A stretch of DNA of 64,000 nucleotides from assembly GCA_002633005.1 (NCBI GenBank), contig NMRA01000726.1, positions 114,638 through 178,637 on the forward strand, in the 5' to 3' direction. A model generated the notes under the pieces. That model did not search any database, was not told the DNA's origin, and worked only from the letters and a program-made list of their open reading frames with translations. The first letter of the stretch is position 1, and every line of letters begins with the position of its first letter. Below are positions 24,666 to 37,803 of this stretch, piece by piece. The position numbers and the translations under genes were made by a program. The stretch is from Phoronis australis. Its lineage: Eukaryota > Animalia > Phoronida.

Positions 24666-26151
24666 GACCTTGGATCGATCTTCACCTGAAGAACACTGGC
24701 AGTTGCAGGTTCCTGCAGGCACCACCAGGTGGTTCTGTAATAGCGTGACCAATGGTGGTGAAGACTATCTGTATATTTGTGATATGGACGCCCCTCCCAC
24801 AAGGAAAGCGACTGATAGACTGAAGTCTCTGATAACAAAGCACTTTGAAGAAATCTGTCCCATCATACGGGAACATCTCGAGGCCTCGTCGATAAACAAA
24901 ACTTGGATCGCTTACGAGACCAACCTGTACGGCGCGTTGAACGAGTATCTGATTCCACTCTACCAGTCTGCATACTCCGACTGTACGGAGACGCTCAAAA
25001 CTCAAGCGAATGATTTGACTGTAGATGATCTCGAGATCAGTGAGGACTGGATTCTGGACATGTTGGTAAAACGCCGTGATAGTGGAATTGGGTCAGAGAA
25101 GGAGCTGGAGCAAACGAAACCAAAGGTGTTGCGTACTTATGCTGATGAGATGATGTCCGACTTTGAAAAGTTGCACGTTGCTTACGTACCCAAGACAGAT
25201 GTCTCGTACGCTAGTCATCCAGAATCAGAGAGTTATGACGAGGGATGTCACGTGGTAATGGATGAGAGCAGTGGTGGTAGTACCAACTGTCCTACTGGGG
25301 AGTCAGAAGGTGCTCCTGTGCCACAGGGCCATTTGATTAGTGACAGTGATGGTGAAACGGCCAGTGACGGCACCAACGAATTATCTGGAGATGACATTGC
25401 ACCCGGTGACCATTTACAGAGTTGTATATCAGACGGTTCTACGCAACATGTGAATTCTCGTGACACCCTCGATGGTGACCCGTTGGGCGTTACGGGCCCG
25501 CTGTCAGTTGCACCTCACGACAATGGTGATGACATAAAAATTCCGTGCGACGAATGCAGACATCAGTTTTATGGTGCAGAGGGGAAACCGGTGAATTCCA
25601 GTGATGATCCAACCGACCATTACAATATTGGATCGTATTCTTCCGGAGACAAATTGCTTGTGTCACGTGAGGACAAAAATGGCATTGAAACTGTTCCTGA
25701 GGAGTGTACAGATCAATTCCTCAGTCCCGTGCCAGAAATGGACGAGTCTGTGAAATCACGGGAATACAACGTCCAATCGGAGAAATTCAAGCATGTCTTT
25801 GACACAGCCTACCAGTGTTTGATCTCTCTGGGCGACGAGAACACACCCCTGAAGAAGATGCAGATGTTGACCAGGTGCCTCCGCGCAATCACAACCACTC
25901 TGGCCAAACCAGAGACATCTGGATGTCAGTCAGCACCATGCGCCGATGAGTTGGTCACAATTCTGGTAGTTCTCCTGCTTAATCTCACGCCGGATCAGAT
26001 CAGTCATCTTTATATCGAGCTTAAGTTTGTCATCGATCTGATGGCTCCGTTTCTAGAGAGCGGCGTGCACAGCTACTCTGTCGTTCAGCTAGAGGTGGCG
26101 TACCAATACTTGTTCACCAAGCTAATGAAGATCAAAAATCGTAAAATCTGA
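24666..26151 (+). CDS. VPS9-domain protein A, last exon with C-terminal VPS9 (Rab5-subfamily GEF) domain
   Basis: Acceptor ctttaccag|G completes the phase-2 Arg codon. The C-terminus has the VPS9 pattern TPLKKMQMLTRCL..I...CADELVTILVVLL....SGVHSYSVVQLEVAYQYL. Spliced CDS from 17209 is 2811 nt (936 aa). Confidence 0.85.
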
Positions 26152-27141
26152 TTGGCTCAGTCTTTAATCTTGCACATGATCTCATCTTGACTGTGGTTTG
26201 TTATAGAAAACTAAAAGTTAAACAGTTTTCTTTTAGGGAAAGTTACTTTTTATGTAACCCGGGTGGAAAAATAATCAAAATAGCACTTACCATATAACCA
26301 AGGTGGAAGAATGATCCCGACTTGGTGCTAGCCCTGTATCTTGCCACTATAATGTGTAGATGGTGTCACTATTGGATTTGTTCATCTGGGTTACGTTCTG
26401 CAGACACGGGAGCCTCACGAAAAACCAAAACCATGCAAATGCGCATGTTTGCGAGTATTCTCATAAGCTTGCTAGTGTACCCTCACAAAATGGCTGCCAC
26501 TGAAGTGATTGGTTGGTGAGGTCACGATGTTCACTTAAGGGACAGTCTATCATAGAATTCAACATTTCCGTTCCATAAGCGAAAATTTCTTGCCATGTAG
26601 CAGTAGTGCCTTTATTTACAGAAGGCATCCCCGGTCAGGGAATTTCTGGGTCCTTTCCCTTCACTCTGAGAATACAAATTTATGGCCATTTGTCCTTTAA
26701 TGTCCTGGGACAACATTGCCTGAACAGGCATACTTGGTTGCTTGCTGTGTATCTGCTGAATTGAACTGTGATGTAGTACCTCCTGAATACAGGAGATGGT
26801 GACAAAACCTAGTCAAATACGGGCTGTGGTTGTGTGCTGTTGTTTTGGACCGTCAGTTTCAGCACATGGTGTTGAGAACGGGTACCTTATGCAATGTTTT
26901 TTGTATTTTACGAATAAGAAGTTTTAGGACAGGGGTAGTGTTTTAAAGTACCCATTTATCGTTCCAGAGGAAGTTAATAATTATATTTTTTGCCATTTGG
27001 TTCTGTTTTTACAGTGCATCTGGCTACTGGAAAATATGAATGTGACAAGTTTTAAATTATTCAAGTGTGCAACACACTAAACATTTTAGAGAAAATGTTT
27101 GTATTGTTTTACATTTTGTGGTCTGTGCCTTAGGGTATTGC

Positions 27142-27419
27142 CGTCTGTTTCATGAAAAGTGACTCAAGACTAAGACAGGAATTTGGCCTAATGCCCCCAC
27201 CTCAAAGTTGTCAAATAAAGGTTTTCTAGTGAATTATGAGAGCACCACTGCATGAAAAAAATTGTACAAATTTTCTCACTAAGTAACATATATTTGTGTA
27301 TTCACAGGTACTGTATTCTTTGCTAAAATGAGTTTCAACAATTTTGTTAGAAATGGTCATGTGGAGCGCAAGACCAAATGTCTGTCTTAAGTCTTACATC
27401 AGTGTCGTGAAACAGACCG
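27142..27419. mobile_element. MITE with imperfect TIRs
   Basis: Left gtctgtttcatgaaa..aagactaagacag; reverse complement of the right end is gtctgtttcacgaca..aagacttaagacag. Confidence 0.55.
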
Positions 27420-27820
27420 TGGTCCCAGTACCTGACTGACTGTTTTACAAAACCTTATTTTTTTTTCTTCTAGCCTCTGTGATACATTCACTGTGCGGCA
27501 TTCCAGTAGATGATTAGACAAAACTTGATTCCAGCTCAATCAGATCTGGTCACTTTACCAGGAAAGTGAGCTCAAGAGCTCTTTAGAATTATAGTCTTAC
27601 CGGTATTTATTTACTTATTTTTCTATACACATGTGTTATATTGATGCCGTCATGGCTGACTATAGACCTAGCTGGAACACATTGTAAATATTTTTGTTTG
27701 TTTTACTATTAAGTATTTCAGGATGTTTTAACATTTGGGTTATTTTATCCTATATAGGTTTATCTGAGTGTATGGTATATAAGTTTGATTCTCGCCTGTC
27801 TTGCTACCCCGATGGATCAG

Positions 27821-28231
27821 GGCCCGGTCTCTAATCTTTGTACTCAAAACGAACTCGAAACTATTTTTGGCAATTTCTCTGCTCCATTTGTGGGAACTTA
27901 AGATAATTGGTTATCAGACTGTGCTCGAATACATTATAGTTTATGCATAGGAGTATCTAGTTTAAGTTTGCCCTTGAAGACCCTTATATTCGTGCTACAA
28001 ACTCGAGTAAAAACTCGAAATTTCGAGTTCAAACTCGAACTTATTGCTTTAATATTGGGTTTGCAAACTGTGAACTAAGGGCAATAAATTATCTACGTTA
28101 GTTATTGTGTACTCGAGCGTTAGTAGAATAATAGACACTTATCTTGAGTTCGCCCAAAAGTAGAGTAGAAAATGCCAAAACTAATTTCGAGTTCCATTTC
28201 GAATGTTATAAAAAAGATTGGAGACTGGGCC
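27821..28231. mobile_element. Fold-back MITE, PIF/Harbinger-like
   Basis: Ends GGCCCGGTCTC / GAGACTGGGCC with CAG on both flanks (3-bp TSD). Imperfect symmetry runs to a central palindrome aactcgaaatttcgagtt at ~28012-28029. Confidence 0.8.
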
Positions 28232-31200
28232 CAGGTATTAATGTGGAAAATTCCTACTTTTTAAAGTATAGTTGTCTAACAAATACAATGTACAATAGTG
28301 ATCAACTAAATATTCAATAGGTGGCGCTCAGGAATAATAGGCCTTCTTCTAACGGTTGAATAGATTGAGAGTAGAAGATAATTTGTCAGTGTGAGGGTGT
28401 TAGTGTGAGAAGGGGCCCATGTATTGGTCCCTTGCTTCACTTGCGACACCTGGTGAATTTTTAGTTCCTCATTGGAATTAAGCCGTGAAAATCATGCTTG
28501 AACGCATTACATCTGGGAATAGAAACATTCCATCTTGGCGTTTGCAGGTTTATTTCCTCTTCCAAAAATGTTGTGTCATTGTGATCAATAACTATTGCTA
28601 GTGCCGTACAAGACAAAAAACGATCTGACAATATACCGTTTCCGTCATCAATGGCTAATTCTGTCAACAGCAAGAATTACTGATAACAGCAAAGATTCCT
28701 TGGCCACTGTACTGACCTACTGACCACTATACTCACCTACCTTGTAGTTCCTCTTCATTCTTGATCAGGAAAGACTGTTTGACGATGAATTAGCTTTCCT
28801 CCCAGTCATGTGTCTCTGGCCATTTTGTCTGAATACTTTTGCCTTGTACTATAGGTGGCACTCTGTCTCTGTGGCCAAGTCCCATGTACACAAGACACAT
28901 GTCATTGTGATCATGTACATCACATAATCACTTGGTATTTTCCTCTTTTTAAGAGGATTTCCTTTTTTGGTTTCGATTTCCTCTTAATTTGATTTCCAGT
29001 TTCCTCTTTCTTTGTCACTTTTTATCATTATTTTGACTTTTTCATGCAAACATTTAATTATGGAATGATACGTCAACTGGAAAATTTTCCTCTTTTTGTC
29101 ATTAGTCATTCCCAGCCCTGTCGCTTCCAGTCCATGGCTATATCTACATGTAGTAAAGACTGGCATGATCTTGCATTTTTGTAAGATTTTTGCATCTGAG
29201 GAACACATATTCCCTACCGGTCTTTCTAGGTGACGGACATGTCCACAACGGCCATTTTTTTACAAATGCGGCTGTGAATTTCTATAGTAATCATACTGAA
29301 CTGTGTTTAAATGAAAGATTCAGTTCTTGCAAAGTTGACAAATAGTTTTTATCTGAGCACAAAAATAATTGCCACATATACTCTTTCTTCCTTTTTCAAC
29401 GTGCTGTAAATATTATTGTGAAAGCTTGTATTTTTTAAAAATATTGCCGGATGGTAGCTCAGGTGCATACCTTGAACATGTGAAGTATCAATTTGCTGCT
29501 TAGTGCCTTTTATAGAAAGGAGAAATGAAATTTCACTCCGCCATATTGTGTGACCAAAACTAGTTACCCTAAGAAAGAAGTTGTGTTTTGTAGTGATGTG
29601 GTCTTATTCACAAGTTGGCGTTTTCGATGATGAAGGCTGGTCCATTGGGGTTTAAAGCATACCACTATTAGACTCTAGTGATTGGTGCCTTAACATGTTT
29701 AGAAGCTCTATAGTGATTCGTTAACAGCATCCACTCTTTAGTGTGACGTAGACTAGTGTTGGATAACCACAATAGGTATAGGAATGGGAAGCTTTCAAAA
29801 CTGTAGCATTGTGAGGACTGGTCACCAGTGACCTCAAGAGGGATAACAAGGAACTTTAAAACTCGTTTAATTCGCATCACGTCCAATCGCATACATTGAA
29901 AAAGGGTCTTTTCGCGAAGGCCAACCATTCCCTTATGCTGCCTACTGTGAGGACAAAATAACTCCTGGTACAGCTAGGTGGCGCTGTGAGTCAGCAATAA
30001 CGTGATCAGCTCCCATTAGTTCTTGAAAGTTTCTCATTGTAAAGGTGATAAACGCACCTGCACTCTAGTTGGTAGTTACCTGTAGGTAGAGTTTTATTTC
30101 ATATTTGTGAGAACAGAAAAGGAAATAAAGTGAAATGATGTCTAATCAACCTTTTTACTTTCACCTCGTCTTGCTCCATGAACTTGAAGGGAAGTTGGTG
30201 CTTGTTGTACTCATTTATTTGGTGACCCCACACTGTTGTGTATCAATTTACAAGTACAGTCAAGTTATGTGCACAAACCACTGTCGGTATTTACGGGCAA
30301 AAAACATGACGTTAGGCAGTGACATCCGGCCAGTGCTGTAGTGGGGCGTAGGCGCACGTTGGCGCATCCAACCACCTTTTGGCATTTGAACGTAGCGCCT
30401 ACGCACCGTGAGTTACGTTCAGTGCTCAAGGTGATAGGGTGTGCTTTTGGCGCCTATATACTTACCTCCGCTAATTTTACCATTGCAGCACTGCATCCGG
30501 CATCAAAAATTTTTACTTCAAGTTCTAATTGGGTTTCATTTCTTCTGCTTCCCATAACCGTAAATTGACTTCTTGTCTATTTTTGTTCGGACTCGTGAAT
30601 TTCGATTTCTAAATGTTTGGCAAATTTGGGTGAGCCCATAGATATGGGCAGACAATGATCGAGCTACATATTTATATATCATTGTGGACGTACACGTGGT
30701 CGATCAGCAAGTTACGCCTTCAGGTGCATGACTGCACACATCACTATAGAGTGCTGACTTACGTGTCGCTGTACGTAACATTTGAACACTGAGTTTTTCT
30801 TTTCGCAAACAACGCCAGTAGGAGGCGTGTTTGTGGTTATATTAAGCCGAGGACCCCACTTGTTTCCCAGCCGGATCTGCTCAGAGTTTCGATTCATTCG
30901 CCATGCATCCGTATACACGTAAACATAATTTTGCTAATGCAGCCGTTTTGTGACTGGCCCATTAACTTAACACATTGCCTGTGCATGAATGAATTCAGTT
31001 GGCCGAGAATAGTCTTTGGTAACCTGGTTCCCGGGCCTCACAAGCTGACGTCACGAGGGTCTGTGCAGGAGACTAAGTCTTAGGGAGTGTTTTTCGCTCG
31101 TTCTCACCAGCATTTATACTAAAAATGCTTATCCTGCAATAGGACTATTTTTTGAAAGAGGGCTCCTCCGCACATGTTGCGTTTAAAATGTTGATCTATT

Positions 31201-31570
31201 TCCCGTCGCGCCCTGTATATCTGACGCGAATGGGTGTGCGCCTGCCACCCTCTCGCGTCCGTGCTTGGAAGCGGGAGGGCGGATGTGCCTCCAAACAGAT
31301 AAAACGATGAGGGTTGAAATCTACTAGGTACCGACTGGCATAGTTGGCGGGGGACATTTACTGGTACAGGGCGTTCGGTTAAACTGAAATAAGCCAGAGA
31401 TAAGAGAAACATGCCGTACAATGAGGGAGATAAACCATGACAATGAATATAAGAAGACGGAGCCTGTCCCAGTGATGACGCGTAATGCAGCCTACAAATT
31501 GTTACCTCTGCCATTTTATGCCAACTTGAAGTTGCAAGGAAAAAGTTTACCAGGGATAATAATGTGCTTT

Positions 31571-31662
31571 ACTTATTTATTTATTTATTAATTTATTTAT
31601 TAATGTAATATTTACAATGAGGGTAGCCCCATCAGTTCAAACTGATTTCCATGGGGCCCTCA
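31571..31662 (-). mobile_element. 3' tail of an L2/CR1-group LINE or dependent SINE
   Basis: On the minus strand a stem-loop gagggcccca..atcagtttgaactgat..ggggctaccctc is followed by an (AAAT)n tail. Confidence 0.5.
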
Positions 31663-31879
31663 GTAAAGACAAACACATAGTAAGACAAAAACAGAATTGC
31701 AAAATGATAGACAATATTTAAATAATAAGAAAAGAATAAAAATTAACACGGAAAGACCGATGAAACAAAATAAAAAATAAAATATGATAAATAGAAGATA
31801 AAGAAAGTAAGACAAGATAATTAACTAAAATATAAATAATTAAAAACAGACTATAAATAATTAATAAAAATAGGGCATA

Positions 31880-31922
<43 letters not shown>

Positions 31923-32075
31923 CACACACGCATGTATACACATACACTCTTACACACACATACATAAACATACATATATACATATATAAATACACACTCA
32001 CATACATACATGCATAAATACAAACATACACGTGATTAAACAACTACATACACACATATACACGCATGTACACTG
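31880..32075. repeat. (CA)n microsatellite and CA/TA low-complexity tract
   Basis: Pure CA run at ~31885-31915 followed by degenerate CA/TA repeats. Confidence 0.95.
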
Positions 32076-32942
32076 CACATGAATAAACAATAGTCTGATA
32101 CTGTTTACTATACGTTTCAGTATTGCGCGGTTGTCAAAGCGAATGTAAAAGTTCGCACGCAGCTTGCTTTATCAAGCCAATGACCAAAATTTATTGGGGG
32201 AGTTTTCCATTAACGAGAACACATGAAACGTTTTACAACGAAAGAGCTTAGTTGCTAAACAGTTAAATACAAACATTGACCAACGTTTGACAGTATAAAC
32301 TTCTCTCTACCTTGTGGTCCAGTAAATTGCCAAATTGTCGAACTGAAACTGAAACTGAAACTTCTTTTACCTTCAAGTAAAATCAACCGTACTGAGAACT
32401 TATTGGCCGGTAGTGAGGCTCAAACTTTCACAGCGCCGCACGAACACAACAAAGGAACTAAATTGCTAAGCAACAGAGAAATATTGAGACACGTTAGTTT
32501 GTAACCGACCGTGTTGAGGGTAATTCCTGACCTTGGGTTTCCCCCGACTTCCATTTATAGATCCCTGCCCCGGTTTGATAGTTCGATATTACTGAGGTGA
32601 ATATTTCAGCGAACTGCATCAACAACCGAATGAGACTGAACTGCATCTGCGGCCCTGGCGATTAGGTCAGACAGGCCAGGTAAGCATTTTCATTGTCCCG
32701 CCGTTTGTGTCTCCTAAGGGATTTTCTCGGCGATAAGGGTAATTTCACAGACATCTGCATTTGCGCAGAATCGGCGTACTGAGACACGACTGCTCCGCAG
32801 TAGCCGAACACTCTGTCGCTAAGCCAAATCCCACGCACTATTTGCAAATTTTGATGTGTCTTTGGCTTGCTATTTTTTCTTTTCACAAATCATTCAAAAA
32901 GAGGTTGTTCACCGTGTCATGTATTTTCCCTCTAGTTCAAAC

Positions 32943-33067
32943 ATGAATGAAGTGATCGCGGAGATGGTGGCTGATGAAAGCCACGTGGTTGGCGCCAAGC
33001 ACACCGAGTTCTGTCAGTTAGTTACTAAGATATGCCAGGATGCTTGCCGAGAGGACGCTTATTACAG
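32943..33067 (+). CDS. VPS9-domain protein B (truncated paralog), coding exon 1
   Basis: Acceptor ttccctctag ends at 32935, then caaacATG at 32943. Homologous to the 3' half of exon 3 of gene A. Donor AG|gtaatg at 33067/33068 is at the same position and phase as in gene A. Confidence 0.75.
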
Positions 33068-33826
33068 GTAATGCTCATTACTTTCTACATTTCTTCTCTC
33101 TAACTTCCCTGACTGACCTTGCACAGAGAGAATTAGGATACGTGAAAGTGTCGGTGTTTTGTAGTTCCGTAGCGTATGGACGTGAAGTTGACAAAAATTC
33201 CAAAAGGTGTATTCAAAACAAAAGAAGTCATCGCCAACAGACTCGTTGACCGCAGTATGTGGCTCTCCTCTGTTTTTGTAACACGGTTTTGCCAGAATGT
33301 GAACATTGAGTAAGCTAAAATCACAGAAAATTTGCTCGCGATACTGCTTGTGTTATGGTATTCTACTTACAATGGTAAGCATGACACGTTGAACGTCTTA
33401 AGCTGGGCGTTTTGAGTAAGGTCTGTTTTTATTCATTCTTAATGTACGCTGCTTCCATTCAAATAGTTGTAATTTTAACTGAAGCCATGATGAACACATC
33501 TTCTGTAATATGCCAACAAACAGCCATACGCTCGCTCCTAGTTAGACCCTACTCAAGTATTTTGCTTGCGCCTCAATTTCGGCCACGAGCATATGTGCGC
33601 TCTGGTTCATGTGCTCCCTGGTTCATTCAATTACCCCAATGCAGCCCTAATTCGTCTTTTTGCAATGCATTTTAAAGGTAGTTTACACTTTAGATTGAGT
33701 GACCCTAATGACTGTAACTGAGGCGACGAGATTGGTTCGCTTGCATGGTTGGCGTGTCACGGTAGGACGAAGCTTCTTTTTACGAGCGTGCCACCTTACT
33801 GACAAAAATTGTTACTTATTCACTAG

Positions 33827-35303
33827 GACCTTGGATAAAACTTCGCCTGATTGGGAACACTGGGAGATGCAGGTTCCATCGGGCAGCAACGATTGGTTCT
33901 GCTATACCGAGGTTAAGGGGTGCGACGGTTATCTGTATGTCTGTTACAATGACGCCCCTCCGGCGAGGAAAGCAATCGACATGTTGAAGGATATGATCGA
34001 CGAGCACCTCGGAAAAGTGTGTCTGTTGATACAAGAGCATATGATTAAGCCGTTGTCGGTGAACGAGGTTTGGAATGCGTACGAGATCATTTTTTGCAAT
34101 GCTTTGAATTTGAACGACTCTTTGATTCCGCTGTTTGAGTGTGCGTACTACAACCGTACTGAGTTGCTAAAAACGAGGGCATGTGATTTGACTGTAGAGG
34201 CTTTGAAGATCAGGGAGACCTGGATTCTAGACATGTTGGTAAAACCCAGGGATGTTGGAATCTGGTTGAAGAAAGAAACAGAAGAACTTAGCTTGGATAC
34301 CCAGGTTACGGACTCATATCTCATGATGTCCGATAGAACCAAAAAGAATCTCAGTTGCGATGATCAGTCAAGTGCGGACAGTTCTGAGGACGATTGCAAC
34401 CAAATGAAAAACAGCGAGACCTTCAGTGGCGGCACCAGCTGTTTTGAATACCAAACACTGCATGGTGTCTCAGTCAAAGCAGAAACTCAGTGCTTTCAAG
34501 ACTGTAGCTCACATGTGCAACCCACGAATTCACCAGATACTGACAATGATGATTCTTGGGTGATATTGAATGTACCCGGTGCCCCGTCGATAGCTTTGGA
34601 CGATGACCATGAGGACATTACTACTATTCCGTCGTGTGATCGATGTCGATGCCAGTTTTATAGTTCCAGTAAATCTTCTGCTTCTTTCAAAGACAGTCGT
34701 GCATGGCTATCTATAGGTAATAGTTGCCCGGATGAAGTGAATCGTTCTTTAAGTAAGAAACATGTTGCTTCTGAAATGTGCTGTGACAAAGCTCGTATTT
34801 CCGGGATCAAACGTAAGGATCAATTCCACAATTCAATTCAATTCAAACCAGGCGTGCATTTAGATTGTGTTGCGCCTGAAAAATCGATGATTAGATCAAG
34901 TGAATTTTGCGTCGAATCGGAGAAGTTCAAGCACGTCTTTGACTCAGCCTACCATTGTCTGACCTCGCTGGGCGACGAGAACACACCCCTGAAGAAGATG
35001 CAGATGTTGACCAGGTGCCTCCGCGCAATCACAACCGCCCTGGCCAAACCAGAGACGTCTGGATGTCACTCGGCACCATGCGCCGACCAGTTGGTGACGG
35101 TTCTGGTGGTTCTGTTGCTCAACCTCACACCGGATCAGATCAGTCGTCTGTATGTCCAGTTAGAGGTCCTTAAGCTCACCGTCGATCTCATGACACATTC
35201 TCTATTGAGCGGTGAACATAGCTACTCCGTCACTCAACTAGAGGTGGCGTATGAGTACGTTTTAACCAATCTGACGGATCGTGAATCGTACTTCGGAACA
35301 TGA
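33827..35303 (+). CDS. VPS9-domain protein B, last exon with VPS9 domain
   Basis: Acceptor attcactag|G (phase 2), open to TGA at 35303. Has TPLKKMQML..CADQLVTVLV...GEHSYSVTQLEVAY and is colinear with the gene A last exon. Spliced CDS is 1602 nt (533 aa). Confidence 0.8.
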
Positions 35304-36370
35304 CTGGGTAGTCAGTTGGCTCCTGATCTCACTAGTATTGCGGTCTTGGGACTGGGTTTTTTTTTTCTCCTCGCCCTACCCTCACTCCCGCCTCTGACTA
35401 GTGGTTGGCAGGTCGATAAAACATGTTACTTTTTTCCATTGCCAAATCGTGCTCATCTTTAATTCGTTCAAAAGATAGTAGTTTTACAGTTGAAAAACAA
35501 TTTATCTTATTAGTTTCAAATAATGTGCTTTGCATCGCGCAAATATTTCCGTGTAGTTGCGCGGGGACACAAACTTAACTTTAATTTACACCTGACTGGC
35601 TACTCTGAAGAAAACTGGGACAAACCATCCTGTGGTCATAAAGTCGGCCTAAGTATACTTACTTCAAGTTCAATCATAACTATCATTTTTACACAATTCT
35701 ATTGTTCGACGACTCTTTTCCTGAAGCAAGAAATTTCGTGATTGCATTTAGACCGGCCAGTTCTTGGTCAGTTGTTGATTTAGGCCTATTCCGGTCAGGA
35801 AGCCGGGGATTGAAAGGAGACCAACTCATAGTATTCACTATACTATTGCTGCGTTCGAGATTTCAGAGGTCACGTGACCGTGGCTTGGCTGCCACATCGA
35901 ATCCTTTTATCATCATTATGAACGGCGGGCCAGTTGTGATTTTCTAAGAGACATAATCGGGATTAAACCCGAGAAACGTGTTTTGGGAGTATTGTTAACT
36001 ACAATCGACTTACTGAAATTATTAGCTTTGACCAGCTTCCATAAAACAACATGTATTTATCAATGTACTTTCATTACCAATCACTGATTCCCTACGTTGA
36101 CTTCCAGCCATTTGTTAGTAATTGAAATCACACATCCGGTGACTTCAACGTTTTTAACAATTCTCGGTTGTTTGCTGCTTTGGCTTTTGGCTCCACAACC
36201 AAAGTGTCAGACTGCTACCGCTGATGTTTTGAGTTCTAACACGTCTCAAACGCATACCATTACCACCGATGATGTCTCTTTGAATCTTGTGCATTTTTCA
36301 TGCAAACTATGCTCCATTGATTATTCATGTGTACATAACTATGTCGTATTATTAGTAGTGATATCCCGGC

Positions 36371-36544
36371 CAGGGGCGGATCCGGGATTTTAAGTTGGCG
36401 GGAGGGGGCAGGGCTAAGTATTAGCCAGGATTTTGCCCGTCAGCTGAGACAGTCGCAAGGCCCTGCGCTGCCAAATGGAATCTGGGAGAATTTCAGGGGG
36501 CATGGCGCCCTTTCACTCTCCCCCACCCCCCAAATCCGCCACTG
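36371..36544. mobile_element. MITE of the CAGkGGCGGAT family (other copies 38927-39081, 43078-43256, 46372-46683; single ends at ~39461, ~42425, ~45161)
   Basis: TIRs caggggcggat / atccgccactg. The same termini recur several times. No clean TSD. Confidence 0.7.
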
Positions 36545-36698
36545 TATCCCACACGTGCATATACTGTAACAGTGTCATTTATTTTGTGATATATTTATAG
36601 TAGTCCTTATTTGTTTTTTATTTACTATCAGTGTCACGAGGGAGTGTACTTTTTTAACCGTGTAAATGAAACAGACGGAATAAATACATATTTTTTCA

Positions 36699-37803
36699 CG
36701 ACCACTGTAACTAATTTTTGCTGAAAATATCACACACACGCTTACACAGAAATCAACTTTGAAAAAGAACTCAGGCTGATTTTATAATTTTTAAACTATA
36801 AACTATTAAAATATACATTGATGATAACCTGATCATTTGATCATTCAACTGAGAATTTCCACACTTTTCAGCTTTTTCCTCTGTGTCACCTGAATTTTAA
36901 GGGAAGTGTACAATTGTGTTAATTAAATATCCCCGTCATTAATTTGGAACGTATTTGTCATAAACAGTAAGCACGGGCACAAGCAGCGAATCAGTTCAAG
37001 GATTCAAAAGACTGTAAATTCCATGACAAAGTGTTATGGAACAAACGCACATCGAATTACGGAGCTATCAGCTCCGGAACGGGCTTCCTGGTGAGGTGAT
37101 GAACAATTCACCCGTCACTCCAGAAGTGATGCTCGTGGCCCGCCGGAATAATTAATTTCCTGGTCGTCGTTGTTTACATCAGTGCATTTCGGACTACCCC
37201 GCTTTACTTCGGACACGCTTCTGTGTACGTCAGCTTGTGTCAAGTTAGACCANCGACCACTGTAACTAATTTTTGATGAAAATATCACACACACACTTAC
37301 ACAGAAATTAACTTTGAAAAAGAACTCAGGCTGATTTTATAATTTTCAAACTATAAACTATTAAAATATACATTGATGATAACTTGATCATTTGATCATT
37401 CAACTGAGAATTTCCACACTTTTCAACTTTTTCCTCTGTGTCTGAATTTTAAGGGAAGTGTACAGTTGTGTTAATTAAATATCCCCGTCATTAATTTGGA
37501 ACGTATTTGTCATAAACAGTAAGCACGGGCACAAGCAGCGAATCAGTTCAAGGATTCAAAAGACTGTAAATTCCATGACAAAGTGTTATGGAACAAACGC
37601 ACATCGAATTACGGAGCTATCAGCTCCGGAACGGGCTTCCTGGTGAGGTGATGAACAATTCACCCGTCACTCCAGAAGTGATGCTCGTGGCCCGCCGGAA
37701 TAATTAATTTCCTGGTCGTCGTTGTTTACATCAGTGCATTTCGGACTACCCCGCTTTACTTCGGACACGCTTCTGTGTACGTCAGCTTGTGTCAAGTTAG
37801 ACC
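36699..37803 (+). repeat. ~550-bp tandem duplication around N 37253, likely an assembly artefact
   Basis: 36699-37251 matches 37254-37803 with a few SNPs. Confidence 0.9.

Noticed and set aside
31718-32043. Val/Cys/Tyr-rich ORFs
   Set aside because: Translations of the CA/TA microsatellite.
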